Positions 19,907 through 31,518 of a stretch of 64,000 nt of DNA are shown here, one piece after another. This DNA is from an uncultured Candidatus Rokubacteria bacterium (GTDB lineage Bacteria; Methylomirabilota; Methylomirabilia; Rokubacteriales; DASRDR01). The notes below the pieces were generated by a model. The model ran no database searches. It saw nothing but the letters and a program-made list of their open reading frames with translations, and was not told where the DNA came from. Location of the stretch: NCBI GenBank assembly GCA_963708025.1, contig CAVPSB010000013.1, positions 448,001 to 512,000 of the forward strand, written 5' to 3'. The position numbers and the translations under genes are program-made. The stretch's first letter is position 1, and every line of letters starts with the position of its first letter.

Positions 19907-20776
19907 ATGACTAGCTTCGCAATCGGTGCGGCGACGGTCACGCGGATCGAGGAGACCTACGAGCCCAACTTCGACGCGGCGAAGTTCTTCCCCGACTGGC
20001 GACCGGAGACGGTTCAGCAGCATAAGGACTGGATGTTGCCGCATCACTACGATGCTGCAAGTGGATTCTTAAAGCTTAGCGTACACAGCTGGCTGGTCCG
20101 GGTTGGTGGGCGCACGATTCTCATCGATACCTGCGTCGGGAACGGTAAGGCGCGACCGACCATGCCGAAGTGGCATCAGATGCAGACCGGCTACCTCGAC
20201 CGTCTGGCGGAGGCGGGAGTGCGCCCGGACCAAATCGATATGGTGATGTGTACGCACCTGCATTCGGACCACGTCGGCTGGAACACCAGGCTCGACAATG
20301 GTCGCTGGATGCCGACGTTCCCGAACGCGCGGTACGTGTTCAGCAAACTGGACTATGAATTCTACCGGACCCCTGCGCCAGAGAAGGGGCCCGCGTCACT
20401 CGCCGCCTTCCACGACAGTGTGCGGCCGGTCGTTGAGGCCGGCCTCGCACACATGGTCTCCGGTACCCATCAGGTGGACGAGCATATCTCCCTGGACCCG
20501 GCTCCCGGCCACACACCGGGCACCGTAGCCATTACGCTCGTCTCCCGCGGCGAGCGCGCTCTTTTCTCCGGCGACATTCTCCACCATGCCATTCAGGTTC
20601 ATGAGCCGACGTGGAACAGCGTCGGGTGCGTCGACGGGGTCAGTGCCCGGACGGGCCGACGCAAGGTGCTGGAGGAGTGCGTCGGTACTGGCGCCGTGCT
20701 GATGCCAGCGCATTTCGGTATCCCATTCGCCTGTCACGTTGACGCTAAGGGCGATAGGTTCGTCCCACGCTTCTAG
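19907..20776 (+). CDS. MBL-fold metallo-hydrolase (AHL-lactonase/methyl-parathion-hydrolase-like subgroup)
   Basis: THLHSDHVGWN, PGHTPG, GDILH, PAHF. Confidence 0.9.
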   Translation: MTSFAIGAATVTRIEETYEPNFDAAKFFPDWRPETVQQHKDWMLPHHYDAASGFLKLSVHSWLVRVGGRTILIDTCVGNGKARPTMPKWHQMQTGYLDRLAEAGVRPDQIDMVMCTHLHSDHVGWNTRLDNGRWMPTFPNARYVFSKLDYEFYRTPAPEKGPASLAAFHDSVRPVVEAGLAHMVSGTHQVDEHISLDPAPGHTPGTVAITLVSRGERALFSGDILHHAIQVHEPTWNSVGCVDGVSARTGRRKVLEECVGTGAVLMPAHFGIPFACHVDAKGDRFVPRF

Positions 20777-21014
20777 GAAGGCCCTGGGGGCGCTACCACT
20801 AGGATCACGCGGCGAGGCAAGTGACGACGGCTGGCAATGAGGGCCGGCCGGCGGCCTATGAAGGACCGTGATGACGCTGAATGGCTCGGCCAGACTCCCT
20901 GAATGAGAGCGATCTAGGGAGTCGGAGCCCACTGGCAGGACTTCGGTTGCAGCCGGGGTCAGTGAGAACGGCCGCCAGAGCGGTAAGATGCGTAAAGTCG
21001 GCCCAGGGCGGTGC

Positions 21015-21043
21015 TTGACCCTATAGGAGTCGTCGGGTAGGGT
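21015..21043 (+). promoter_or_regulatory. Putative sigma70 promoter
   Basis: TTGACC-17 nt-TAGGGT upstream of the SDR gene. Confidence 0.35.
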
Positions 21044-21174
21044 AGTCGCACCTCCCGGGTCCTGGGAGTTCAAGATGTCCTGGCAGGGTCTGCGGTGTTG
21101 TTCCGTGACGCCCTCGCGGTCAGACGACCGACGAGGGCGTTCGTGTCTCACGCTTGACGGTCAAGGAGGCAGCC

Positions 21175-21978
21175 ATGGTGTTGCGCGGCAAGCACGCACT
21201 TGTGACGGGCGGCTCTCGCGGGATCGGACGAGGCATCGTGCTCAAGCTAGCCGAGGAAGGGGCTCGCGTCGGCATCCACTACTACCGAAACGAGGCCGCG
21301 GCCAAGGAGACGCTGGAGCGTGTCCGGAAGCACGGCACCGACGGATTCCTCGTACAGGGGGATGTGTCGCGACCCGAGGACGTTCGTCGGATGTTCGCGG
21401 AGGTGAAGAGTCGGTTCGGAACGCTGGACATCTTCGTAGCGAACGCGCGCCCTGAACTGGCGATGTTCTATCAGAAGCCGATGGAGATCACGCTGGAGGC
21501 CTGGGATCACGCCCTGGACTCGCAGGCGAAGGCGTTCTTGGTTGGCGCCCGCGAAGCCGTCGCGCTAATGGGGGAAGGCGGGCGGATGGTGGCCATTACG
21601 TACGCGCCGGGCGGGCGCACCGGCACGTGGCAGCCCTGGGTGGCGATGGGCTCGGCGAAAGCGGCGCTCGAGTCGCTCGTCCGCTACTTCGCGGTGACAC
21701 TCGCCACGCGCGGTATAACGGTCAACAGTGTCAGTCCGGGGTTGACCGATGACAGCGTGCTGAATGGATTGCCTGATCCGGTGGTCCAAACGGCGCGGAC
21801 CTGGCACGCGAGCGGCTGGACCCCGATGGCCCGGATGGGGACCCCGGCGGACATCGGCAATGTCGTGGCACTTCTGTGCTCGCCGGACGCGAACTGGATC
21901 ACGGGTCAACTCATCACAGCGGACGGTGGCGCGTCGCTCGTGGACACCCATCTGCCCCTTGAAATTCAGCGAGGCTAA
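21175..21978 (+). CDS. SDR oxidoreductase (FabL-like enoyl-ACP reductase group)
   Basis: TGGSRGIG, AMGSAKAALESLVRYFA, WITGQ..ADGG; AAGGAGG RBS. Confidence 0.85.
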   Translation: MVLRGKHALVTGGSRGIGRGIVLKLAEEGARVGIHYYRNEAAAKETLERVRKHGTDGFLVQGDVSRPEDVRRMFAEVKSRFGTLDIFVANARPELAMFYQKPMEITLEAWDHALDSQAKAFLVGAREAVALMGEGGRMVAITYAPGGRTGTWQPWVAMGSAKAALESLVRYFAVTLATRGITVNSVSPGLTDDSVLNGLPDPVVQTARTWHASGWTPMARMGTPADIGNVVALLCSPDANWITGQLITADGGASLVDTHLPLEIQRG

Positions 21979-22310
21979 CGTATCGACGCTTTCCTAAGGC
22001 GGGGCCGTACGGCTGTACTCGGTCGTGGCCAGGAGCGGTAGCGACGACGCACGTTGATGCCGCTCTCCGCCCGCTTCACGATCGACACAGCAGCCGGTGC
22101 TGCTTCCGGCGAATGTGGGTCATTCAAAATGGGTTGGTCCCCGGATCAGACCGATCCAGGGTCACTCTCGGCGACTGATGGCGGTAGAAGATCGAACGGT
22201 GTCCTCGGGATGGTACGGAAGATCGTATTGTCGGCTCGAAAGCGACCACCGGATGCGTCGGCGGCGGCTCTGCCCACTTACTCGTAACGCTCCACCCGGA
22301 ACTGGAACAC

Positions 22311-22364
22311 CCTAGAACTTACTGATCTAAGGACTGCCGCCTTCCGGGAACAGTAAGTTTCAGG
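22311..22364 (-). repeat. 54-bp dyad-symmetric att-like site, copy B (inverted relative to A)
   Basis: Reverse complement aligns ungapped to 17034-17087 (41/54 by my count; inner arm 25/26). Confidence 0.6.
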
Positions 22365-22369
22365 GAGCC

Positions 22370-22660
22370 CAATAGGTTGACGGCGATGGCGAGCATTCCG
22401 ATCACCAGCGGCCACCGGTACCCGTAGCGGTCCCCAAGCGGCCCGACGACGAGGCCCAGGCCGGCGCTCAGCAGGACCATCAGCGTCACAACCTGCCCGA
22501 GGAGGGGGACCGTCGTGTGCAGGTCGCGCGCCATCGGCGGGTAGAAGGGGGTCGTGGCGAAGAAGTTGAGCGCTGCCAGGAAGGCGGCGACGCACAGCGC
22601 CGCGAGGAGGCGCCCGCCCACATGCCCGTCCGCGGCCGACGTCTTGCCCTTACTGACTGC
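22370..22660 (-). pseudogene. N-terminal fragment of an MFS transporter, cut at att-like site B
   Basis: Three TMs with MFS motif A GPLGDRYGYR, then sequence runs into the repeat and stops. Confidence 0.65.
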
Positions 22661-22953
22661 GTTGCTCACCACCGAACCGGCTCCCGCATTCACGTGAGAC
22701 CTTTCAGCGGACCCGGCCAAGCACCACCGATCTCTGGACTCTAACCTGGATCGATCTGATCCAGGGCCTATCGGCGGCTGCCCCAACCCGCAGTTCGCCA
22801 GGCGGTCCGTCGCGAGGCGCTGGAGGCCTCGATGAAGAAATGGCCGCGAACGGTTCCGGGATCACGAGGGCCTCACCGGCGGATGCCCCCAGACGAAGAC
22901 GTGAAGCCCCCGCGCCCGGGGCCACCCCGCTTCCAGTGGGACACCGCGAGTCG

Positions 22954-24939
22954 TCATGCTGCTACGATGAGGCTTGACAGCACGTACTGAGACACCGGCT
23001 TCACGAGGTGCGCGTCAAAACCGGCCTCTTTCGAACGCTGGCGGTCAGCCGCCTGGCCGTACCCAGTCACAGCGATGAGACTCGGTGTCTTGCCAGCCAG
23101 TGTCGAGCGCAACGTGCGGGCAACGTCATAGCCATCGAGACCGGGCAGGCCCAGATCGATCAAGACGACATCGGGTCGTTCGGCGAGTGCCAGGGCCACG
23201 CCCCGTGTCCCATCGCTCGCCTCGGCGACCCGATGCCCGAGAGACTCGAGCAGAAGACGCAGCGATTCGCGCGCGTCATCGTTATCCTCGATGATCAGCA
23301 CTCGCCGCGGCTGCTCGGGGATGGCCGCCGGCGAGGGCGGAGCAGGCGTCTGCACGAGCTCGAGTGGGAGTCGAATCGTGAACTGAGCCCCGCGCCCTCT
23401 GCCCTCACTCAGCGCGAGAATGGTGCCACCGTGCATTTCGATCAAGCGCCGCCCCAGGCTCAGCCCGATCCCCAGGCCTCCCGGTGACCGGCCCATCGGC
23501 CTCTCACCCTGCGCGAACAAGTCGAAAACGCGCGCGAGCAGTTCAGGTGCAATGCCGACCCCGCTGTCGGTGACCCGAAGGACCGCGTCGTGCCCATCCC
23601 GCAGGACATCGACATCGATCGACCCTCCCGGGGGAGTGTACTTGACGGCATTCTCCAAAAGGTTCGTGATGATTTGTTCGAGGCGGGTCGGGTCGGCGTT
23701 GACGACAACGGACTCGGCTCGGAAGGTGATGCGGTGCTCTCGGCCTTTGCCAGCCTCCCGCAGTGAGCGCACACAATGCCCAGCCACGTCGCTCAGGTTG
23801 AGCGGCTCACGCTGCAGAATGATCTTGCCCGCGGTCAGCCCCGCGACATCCAGGAGATCCTCAAGAAGCCGCGTGAGATGCTGGGTCTGACGATGAATGA
23901 TCTGCCGCAGACGAACGGCAGGCTCCTCCGGAGGGCCCCGTTGCCCGAGCACGTTCACGGCATTGCTGATGGCGGCGAGGGGGTTGCGCAGCTCGTGTGA
24001 GAGCGTCGCGAGAAACTCATCCTTCGCCCGGTTGGCCTCGGCCGCCTCCCGATACAGTTGCGCGTTCTCGAGAAAGATACCGGCCAGATCACTGATCCCC
24101 TGGAGCAGTCGGAGCTCGTCCTCACTGAACGAGCGACGCTTCGTCCACCAGATGACGAAGAAGCCGCCGACGGGTCGATCCTTGATACAGATCGGCACGA
24201 AGACATCGGATTGGTGTGGAAAGCGGCGGAAGCTCTCGGCGTCCACGCGAGAATCGCCGGACATATCGTCGGTCCACACAGCGCGTCGATGGAGCCAGGC
24301 CTCTTCGATGGCCGGATGATTCTTGATCGGGATCGGAAACCGCCGGAACGCGTTGACCAGATTCTTGGGGACCCGATAGCCAGCCACCGGTTGAAGCTCC
24401 TCGTGAGCGGGATCGGCAAGAAAGGCGCCTGCCATATCAGCGGCCAGCGCCCGAGCTATCTCACGCGCCACTCGTCGCATCGTTTCTGTGGGATCCAGCG
24501 TCGAGCTCAGCGTCCGGCTGATCGCCAGCAGCGTCGCGGTCTCCTGCAGTCTGAGCTGTTCGCGCCTGAGGAGGTCCGCTCGCTCCACCTCCGCATGCTT
24601 GCGGTCGGTGATGTCGCGCAGGATGGCAAGGTGGCGCCCGGCGAGGAAGTGGGCTCGCGCGCTGTACTCGACGTCGCGTAGCGCCCCATCAGCACGGACC
24701 ACGCGTAGCTCGCCGGTTTGCTGGCCGGTGGTGAGAAAGTCCCGCCAGGCGCCGTCGAGGTCCTGTGCAGGCGGCTCGAGTAGCTCGTCAAAGCGCCGAC
24801 CGAGGAGTTCGTCCGGCGGCAGGCCGAGCAGGCGGCAGGCGGCTGGGTTTGCATCGATGAAGGTGCGAGCATCATCGATGACCAGCACCGCGTCAAGTGC
24901 CGCCTTGAACAGCGCCTCGAACTCTGATCTGCTCGACAT
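22954..24939 (-). CDS. Hybrid sensor histidine kinase (PAS-GAF-HisKA-HATPase-REC)
   Basis: FLATLSHELRNPL, NLLENAVKYT, GGLGIGL, LIDLGLPGLDGY, HLVKP. Confidence 0.92.
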   Translation of the reverse strand: MSSRSEFEALFKAALDAVLVIDDARTFIDANPAACRLLGLPPDELLGRRFDELLEPPAQDLDGAWRDFLTTGQQTGELRVVRADGALRDVEYSARAHFLAGRHLAILRDITDRKHAEVERADLLRREQLRLQETATLLAISRTLSSTLDPTETMRRVAREIARALAADMAGAFLADPAHEELQPVAGYRVPKNLVNAFRRFPIPIKNHPAIEEAWLHRRAVWTDDMSGDSRVDAESFRRFPHQSDVFVPICIKDRPVGGFFVIWWTKRRSFSEDELRLLQGISDLAGIFLENAQLYREAAEANRAKDEFLATLSHELRNPLAAISNAVNVLGQRGPPEEPAVRLRQIIHRQTQHLTRLLEDLLDVAGLTAGKIILQREPLNLSDVAGHCVRSLREAGKGREHRITFRAESVVVNADPTRLEQIITNLLENAVKYTPPGGSIDVDVLRDGHDAVLRVTDSGVGIAPELLARVFDLFAQGERPMGRSPGGLGIGLSLGRRLIEMHGGTILALSEGRGRGAQFTIRLPLELVQTPAPPSPAAIPEQPRRVLIIEDNDDARESLRLLLESLGHRVAEASDGTRGVALALAERPDVVLIDLGLPGLDGYDVARTLRSTLAGKTPSLIAVTGYGQAADRQRSKEAGFDAHLVKPVSQYVLSSLIVAA

Positions 24940-25499
24940 CAGGAGAGAGAGATGTCAAGCGTGAAGGTAAGGAACCACATGTCGAGACCGCCTCGATAAG
25001 GCTAGTCCCGTCCGCAGCACCCGCTAGACGCACCCGCCTGTTCTGGATGCGCGATGATCTCATCTGTCCGCATCGGCATGCTCTCCAGGAATGGGGCCCG
25101 AGCGCTCGCGGTCTCCAGCGTCGGATGCGATCAGGGCGCGATGGCGGTGGCCGGCATGATCGATCCATGGCGCATCGACGATGCTACTCCGCCAATGACG
25201 TCGACACCGCGGACAATGCGCAGTAGGCCCGAGTTTATGCGGAGGGTGCGAGGATGTCAATTGAGAGGCGCGTGTAGGGGCCTCCCCCGATGTATCCGAT
25301 CGTAGACACCGCGGGACCCGACTTGCTCGGTCGGCCGCGGAGCCCAGTGCGCCCCTTTAGGGCGTTCAGAACCGGCCTCGCGATCCCGCTATTCGACCCG
25401 CCGTTCCGTCCACGGGTAGCAGCGCGCGCCACGCACGCTGCAACTCGTGCAAGCGGCCCCTTCCCGAGTTGATGTTCGCCTTCGCCCGTTCGGAGATGA

Positions 25500-26384
25500 T
25501 CATGGTTGAGCCATCAACGCTTGCAGCGCCGCGCGCCGAGGCGCGCCCGACCCCTTGATCTGCGTGCGATGCATCACGCGCCGCGCCTTCGGGTCGAATG
25601 CGTCCCGGCGATGCATCGTGGTGCGGTTGTCCCAGAGCACGAGATCGCCCAGCGCCCACTTGTGCCGGTAGATCGCGGCATCGGCGTACGACCAGATCTC
25701 GTCCAGGAGGCGCTCCGACTCCTCGAGCTCTAGGCCCATGATGTAGGCATTGCGTCGGCGACCGAGATATAGCGCGTTGTCGCCCGACATCGGGTGCTCG
25801 ATGACAATCGGGTGCGGCGTGCCTTCCGATACACGCGGATCTTCGGAAGCCGCCAGACCCTTGCGAAGATAGCCGCCGGAGTCGTACGTGCCGTCGTGCT
25901 TGATATCGAGCTGCTTGATCCGGCCGACCAACCGCTGCGGCATTCTCGCGAGCGCGGCCTTCATGCTGCAAAACCAAGTGTCGCCGCCCTCGGTCGGGAT
26001 TTCGAGCGAATACAGCATCGACGCATCCGGCGGTTGCGACACGTAGCTCATGTCCGTGTGCCAAGTCGCTTCGCCGTCGCCGAGGGCGCCGATCGGCTCG
26101 CCCTTCTCGTCGAGCACGTTGGACACGACGTAGATATCCGGATAGCCCGGAGGTGACTTGCGTCCGGCGCCCTGATTCGGGGGCGGGTCGAGCGTGCCGA
26201 AATGCTTGGAGAACGACAACAGATCGTCGTCGGTCAGTTTCTGGTTCCGGAAGATCAGGACGTCGTGGCGGTACCAGGCGTTCTTGATTGCTTCGATCTG
26301 CGCGTCGGTGACCGTCGCGAGGTTGACGCCTCTGACTTCGGCGCCGACGGTTCCAGTGGGAACGATTTCGAGTGCATCCGACAT
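25500..26384 (-). CDS. TauD/TfdA family 2-oxoglutarate-dependent dioxygenase
   Basis: WHTDMSY, GGDT.F, WDNRTTMHRR, MHRT. Confidence 0.9.
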   Translation of the reverse strand: MSDALEIVPTGTVGAEVRGVNLATVTDAQIEAIKNAWYRHDVLIFRNQKLTDDDLLSFSKHFGTLDPPPNQGAGRKSPPGYPDIYVVSNVLDEKGEPIGALGDGEATWHTDMSYVSQPPDASMLYSLEIPTEGGDTWFCSMKAALARMPQRLVGRIKQLDIKHDGTYDSGGYLRKGLAASEDPRVSEGTPHPIVIEHPMSGDNALYLGRRRNAYIMGLELEESERLLDEIWSYADAAIYRHKWALGDLVLWDNRTTMHRRDAFDPKARRVMHRTQIKGSGAPRRAALQALMAQP

Positions 26385-26410
26385 GTTGTCCTCCTTGGTC
26401 GGCGATTACT

Positions 26411-28891
26411 CTAGCCGGGCCCGGCGGCGGGGAACTCGACCGTGAAGACCGCGCCCGGGCCCGGGTCGCGGTTCTCCGCCCGGATGGTGCCGCGGTGGAC
26501 GTTGACGATGGCCCGGCACAGCGCGAGGCCGAGCCCGGTGCCGTGCCGCTTGGTGGTCACGAAGGGCTCGAAGACCGTCTCGCGGACCGACTCGGAGATC
26601 CCCGGTCCGGTGTCCGCGACCTCCAGGAAGACCGTCGGGCGCGAGCGCCCCCGCCGCTCCCCGCAGCGCACGTGGATCTCCCCCCGGTCGGAGACCGCCT
26701 CCCGGGCGTTGACCACCAGGTTCAGGCAGAGCTGCTGGAGCTGCTCGCGGTCGCCGCGGACCCGGCAGCCGCCCTCGAGGTCCAGGACGACGGTGACGGA
26801 CGCCTGGCTCAGGCTGGCCTGGAGCAGGCGCAGGGTCTCCCGGATCACCTCGCCCAGATCGACCGGCGTGAACGTCGCGCGCGGGACGTCGCGCATCCCC
26901 ATCAGCCGCTCGAGCAGCGCGTCGATCCGGTCGATCTCCCGCGTCCCCACGCTGGCGAACTCGCGCTGCTCCTCCTGGGCGGCGCACGTGCAGCCCTCGG
27001 GCAGGAGCTGGAAGTGCGTCTTGATCGCCACCAGCGGGTTCCGCACCTCGTGCGCGATGCCCGACGCCATCGCGCCCAGCGTGGCCAGCCGCTCGACCCG
27101 GCGGGTCTCCGCCTCGAGCTCCTTGACCCGGCTCAGGTCGCTGCCCACGCAGACCGCGCCGTGGACCTCGCCCTGCGCGTTCAGCAGCGGGGCCACCGCG
27201 CAGACGAGATGGACGGCCGGGCCGGGGCCGCTCCGCAGCGCGACCTCTTCCTGACGCGGCTGCCCGTCGGCGAGCGTCTCCCCGATCAGCCGGGCCAGCG
27301 GATGCGCGGCCGGCAGGGTATGGCCGCGCACCGACTCCCCCGGCAGCCCGGTCACGCGCGCGGCCGCGTCGTTGAACCACTCGACCTGGCCGAGCCGGTT
27401 CACCGCCACCACCGCGCCCGGCATCGTCTGGAGGATCGCCTCGATCTGCTCGCGGGCACGCACCACGTCCCGGTGGAGCCGCGCGTTGGCGAGCGCCACC
27501 GCCGCCTCGGCGGCGAGCGCGCCGAGCAGGGCCACGTCCTCGTCGAAGTAGGGATCCCCCGAGCGCTTCGGCCCGATCACCAGGAGGCCGCCCAGCCCGC
27601 CCGGCCCCGGGTCGGCGCCGATGGGCACGGCCAGCTCGCCGCCCCGGCCGGCCAGCTCGCCGAGGGCGCGCTGCCCGTCGGCGTCGGCCCGGCCGGGATC
27701 GTCGAGCAGGAGGGGCTGGCGATGACGCGTGAGCCAGCTCACCAGGGCCGAGTCCGCCGGCAGGCTCTCCGCTCCGCCGGCATCCGGCTCGAGCGCGCGA
27801 CCCTGCCGCACGGCGCGCCGGTACCCGGACCCGTCGGGCGCCGGCAGCCACACCTCGACGCGGTCGGGCCGGACGGCCCGGTCCACCACCATGCCGAGGT
27901 CGATGAGGAGCGTGTCGAGGTGCCGTAGCTGCCCCAGCCGCTCCATCGCTTCCCGGATGACCTCGTGATAGGCGTAGCGTTCCCGGTACACGTAGGCGTT
28001 GAGCACCCGGTGCAGGCGATTGCGGAGCGGCGCGGCCAGGACGGCGACCACGCCGACCACGAGGGCGCCCAGGACCAGCCGCCCCACGGCGGTGGGAGTC
28101 CACAGGTCCACGGCCACCACGAGCGCGACCGCCGGCGCCGCCAGGATGAGACCGGTCAGGGCATAGACGGTGCCGTCGCGCACGATGAGCCGGATGTCCA
28201 TCAGCCGGTGGCGGATGATGGCGTGCGCCATGACGGCGATCATGGGGATCGTGAACAGCGGGCCGTAGCTGGAGACCGCCGCCGTCCCGACCAGCAGCGG
28301 GGCCACCAGGTTCGTCGTGATGATGGCCAGGCTGGGGACGACGAACCCCAGCAGGAGGTACTGGAGCTGGAGCCGGGCCAGCCCGGTCGCCCGGCGGAAC
28401 CGCCGCCAGAGGGTGGCCACGGCCGCGCCGATGCAGGCGAAGACGTATGCCCCGAACGCCGGGTAGAGGGGGCCGTAGAAGTTCAGGTGGTGGCCGTCCT
28501 GGAAGATCGACTCGCGGTAGACGAGCGGCGTGAACGAGAGCAGCGTGAAGGCCCCGCCCAGGACGGCAAAGACGGCGAAGTCCCACTGGCCCCGGAGGGT
28601 GGCCCCGTGCGGGAGGCTCTTGACCAGCGCCAGCAGGCAGAGGACGAGGAGGCTGGCGCCGACGTAGGCGAGGCGATCGAGGAGCGGCGGCGAGCTGGCG
28701 GTGCGGATGAAGAGGAGCCCGATGCTCCACAGCGCGATGCTGCCGCCGAACGCGGCGAACAGCCGGTGGGGCCAGCTCCCCGGCCTCTGCCGGTACACGG
28801 AGAGGCCGAAGGCGACGTTGACGATCGCGACCGCCAGCAGGAGCAGGCGAACGAGCGGATACTCCGGGCCGACGAGCTCCGTGACGCTCAT
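26411..28891 (-). CDS. Sensor histidine kinase with N-terminal 7TM-type region, GAF, PAS, HisKA and HATPase domains
   Basis: About 8-9 TMs ending AIIRHRLMDI; GPKRSGDPYFDED GAF motif; IAHEVRNPL; GTGLGL. Confidence 0.9.
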   Translation of the reverse strand: MSVTELVGPEYPLVRLLLLAVAIVNVAFGLSVYRQRPGSWPHRLFAAFGGSIALWSIGLLFIRTASSPPLLDRLAYVGASLLVLCLLALVKSLPHGATLRGQWDFAVFAVLGGAFTLLSFTPLVYRESIFQDGHHLNFYGPLYPAFGAYVFACIGAAVATLWRRFRRATGLARLQLQYLLLGFVVPSLAIITTNLVAPLLVGTAAVSSYGPLFTIPMIAVMAHAIIRHRLMDIRLIVRDGTVYALTGLILAAPAVALVVAVDLWTPTAVGRLVLGALVVGVVAVLAAPLRNRLHRVLNAYVYRERYAYHEVIREAMERLGQLRHLDTLLIDLGMVVDRAVRPDRVEVWLPAPDGSGYRRAVRQGRALEPDAGGAESLPADSALVSWLTRHRQPLLLDDPGRADADGQRALGELAGRGGELAVPIGADPGPGGLGGLLVIGPKRSGDPYFDEDVALLGALAAEAAVALANARLHRDVVRAREQIEAILQTMPGAVVAVNRLGQVEWFNDAAARVTGLPGESVRGHTLPAAHPLARLIGETLADGQPRQEEVALRSGPGPAVHLVCAVAPLLNAQGEVHGAVCVGSDLSRVKELEAETRRVERLATLGAMASGIAHEVRNPLVAIKTHFQLLPEGCTCAAQEEQREFASVGTREIDRIDALLERLMGMRDVPRATFTPVDLGEVIRETLRLLQASLSQASVTVVLDLEGGCRVRGDREQLQQLCLNLVVNAREAVSDRGEIHVRCGERRGRSRPTVFLEVADTGPGISESVRETVFEPFVTTKRHGTGLGLALCRAIVNVHRGTIRAENRDPGPGAVFTVEFPAAGPG

Positions 28892-28940
28892 GGGGCCACC
28901 GTTGCACTCCCTTATACCCCATGCTATTGGGGAGGGCGAG

Positions 28941-30406
<1,466 letters not shown>

Positions 30407-30414
30407 CTCCCGCC

Positions 30415-30460
30415 GGATTCTTGTGCAGCGTCGCCCCGCGCTGCACGAATCCTTGTGCAC
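30415..30460. promoter_or_regulatory. Inverted repeat: candidate enhancer (UAS) and/or terminator
   Basis: GGATTCttGTGCAGCG-N8-CGCTGCACGAATCC plus a further TTGTGCAC, about 65-110 bp upstream of the sigma54 site. Confidence 0.5.
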
Positions 30461-30523
30461 GCCCGCGAGCCGCCCCCCGTCGAGATCGGCTGCCCGGGCG
30501 CGGAGATAGCAGCCTTCGCGCCG

Positions 30524-30538
30524 TGGCACGCGCGTTGC
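30524..30538 (+). promoter_or_regulatory. Sigma54 (-24/-12) promoter
   Basis: Exact consensus TGGCAC-GCGCG-TTGC, 60 nt upstream of the ATG at 30599. Confidence 0.85.
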
Positions 30539-30598
30539 GCTTCCTTCACGCAGGCGGCGAGGGACGAGGACCTCCACCAGCGACTACGGGAGGGAGCC

Positions 30599-31448
30599 AT
30601 GGTCGGCGCGCAGGCGGTCAACCGGCGGCGGTGGTGGGACGAGGACGAGGTCGTCGCCTCCCTGGACTTCGGTCTGGCGACGGCGACCGACGACTTCGAG
30701 GGCGCGTTCCGGCTCCTCCACGATCAGTACGTCCGGGTCGGGTACATGAGCCCCCACCCCACCCGCCGCCGCGTCGGCATCTTCAACGCGGTCCCGTCCA
30801 CCAAGGTGTTCGTCGCCAAGGACGGAGACCGGGTGGTCGGCACCGTGACCCTGGTCCAGGACTCCCCGGTCGGGCTCCCGATGGACCAGGTCTACCGCGA
30901 GGAGGTGTCGCGCTTCCGCGCTCCGGGCCGGCGCCTCGGGGAAGCCTCGACGCTGACCGTGGACCCCGCGCTACCGGGACTCGGGGGTCGCGATCCTGAT
31001 GCGGCTCTACCGGCTGCTGAGCGTCTACGCCACCACGATCGCCCGCCTGCACGACCTCTGCATGGTGGTCCGCCGCCACCACGTCCGGTTCTACCGGACG
31101 CTCTTCCCGTTTCGCCCGATCGGGCCGACCCGACCGTATCCGCGGCTCAACGGGGCGCCGGTGGTCGGCTTCCACACGGACCTGACGCCGGTCCGGGCGC
31201 TCGTCCAGGAGGCGCGGGGCCTGATGCCCGGCAGTCCCCTGGATTTCTTCTTCGGCCCGGAGCACCTCCCCGCGGTGCTGGCCCGCCTGCATCGGGACCT
31301 GGCGGTGTCGGCCATGAGCCCGGATCAGGTGGCGCACTTCTTCGCGGGACCCGGCGCCGAGGCCGCCGGCTCGCTGGCGCGGGCGACCGGGCTCCTGAGC
31401 GCCGGGCACCTTCCGGCGCTCCGACCGGTCCACCAGCTCACTGCGTGA
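30599..31448 (+). CDS. FeeM-like N-acyl amino acid synthase (GNAT fold), copy 1; frameshift near 30970-30990
   Basis: AFRLLHDQYVRVGY, VGTVTLVQDSPVGLPMD.VY, GEASTL.VD, V..HHVRFY, YPRLNGAP. Confidence 0.7.
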
Positions 31449-31518
31449 ACGTTGCCGCCCGGTCCGCGCCGGCGGCGAGGGACGCGAAACCCGAGGTCGG
31501 GTCAACCGGGAGGGTGCC

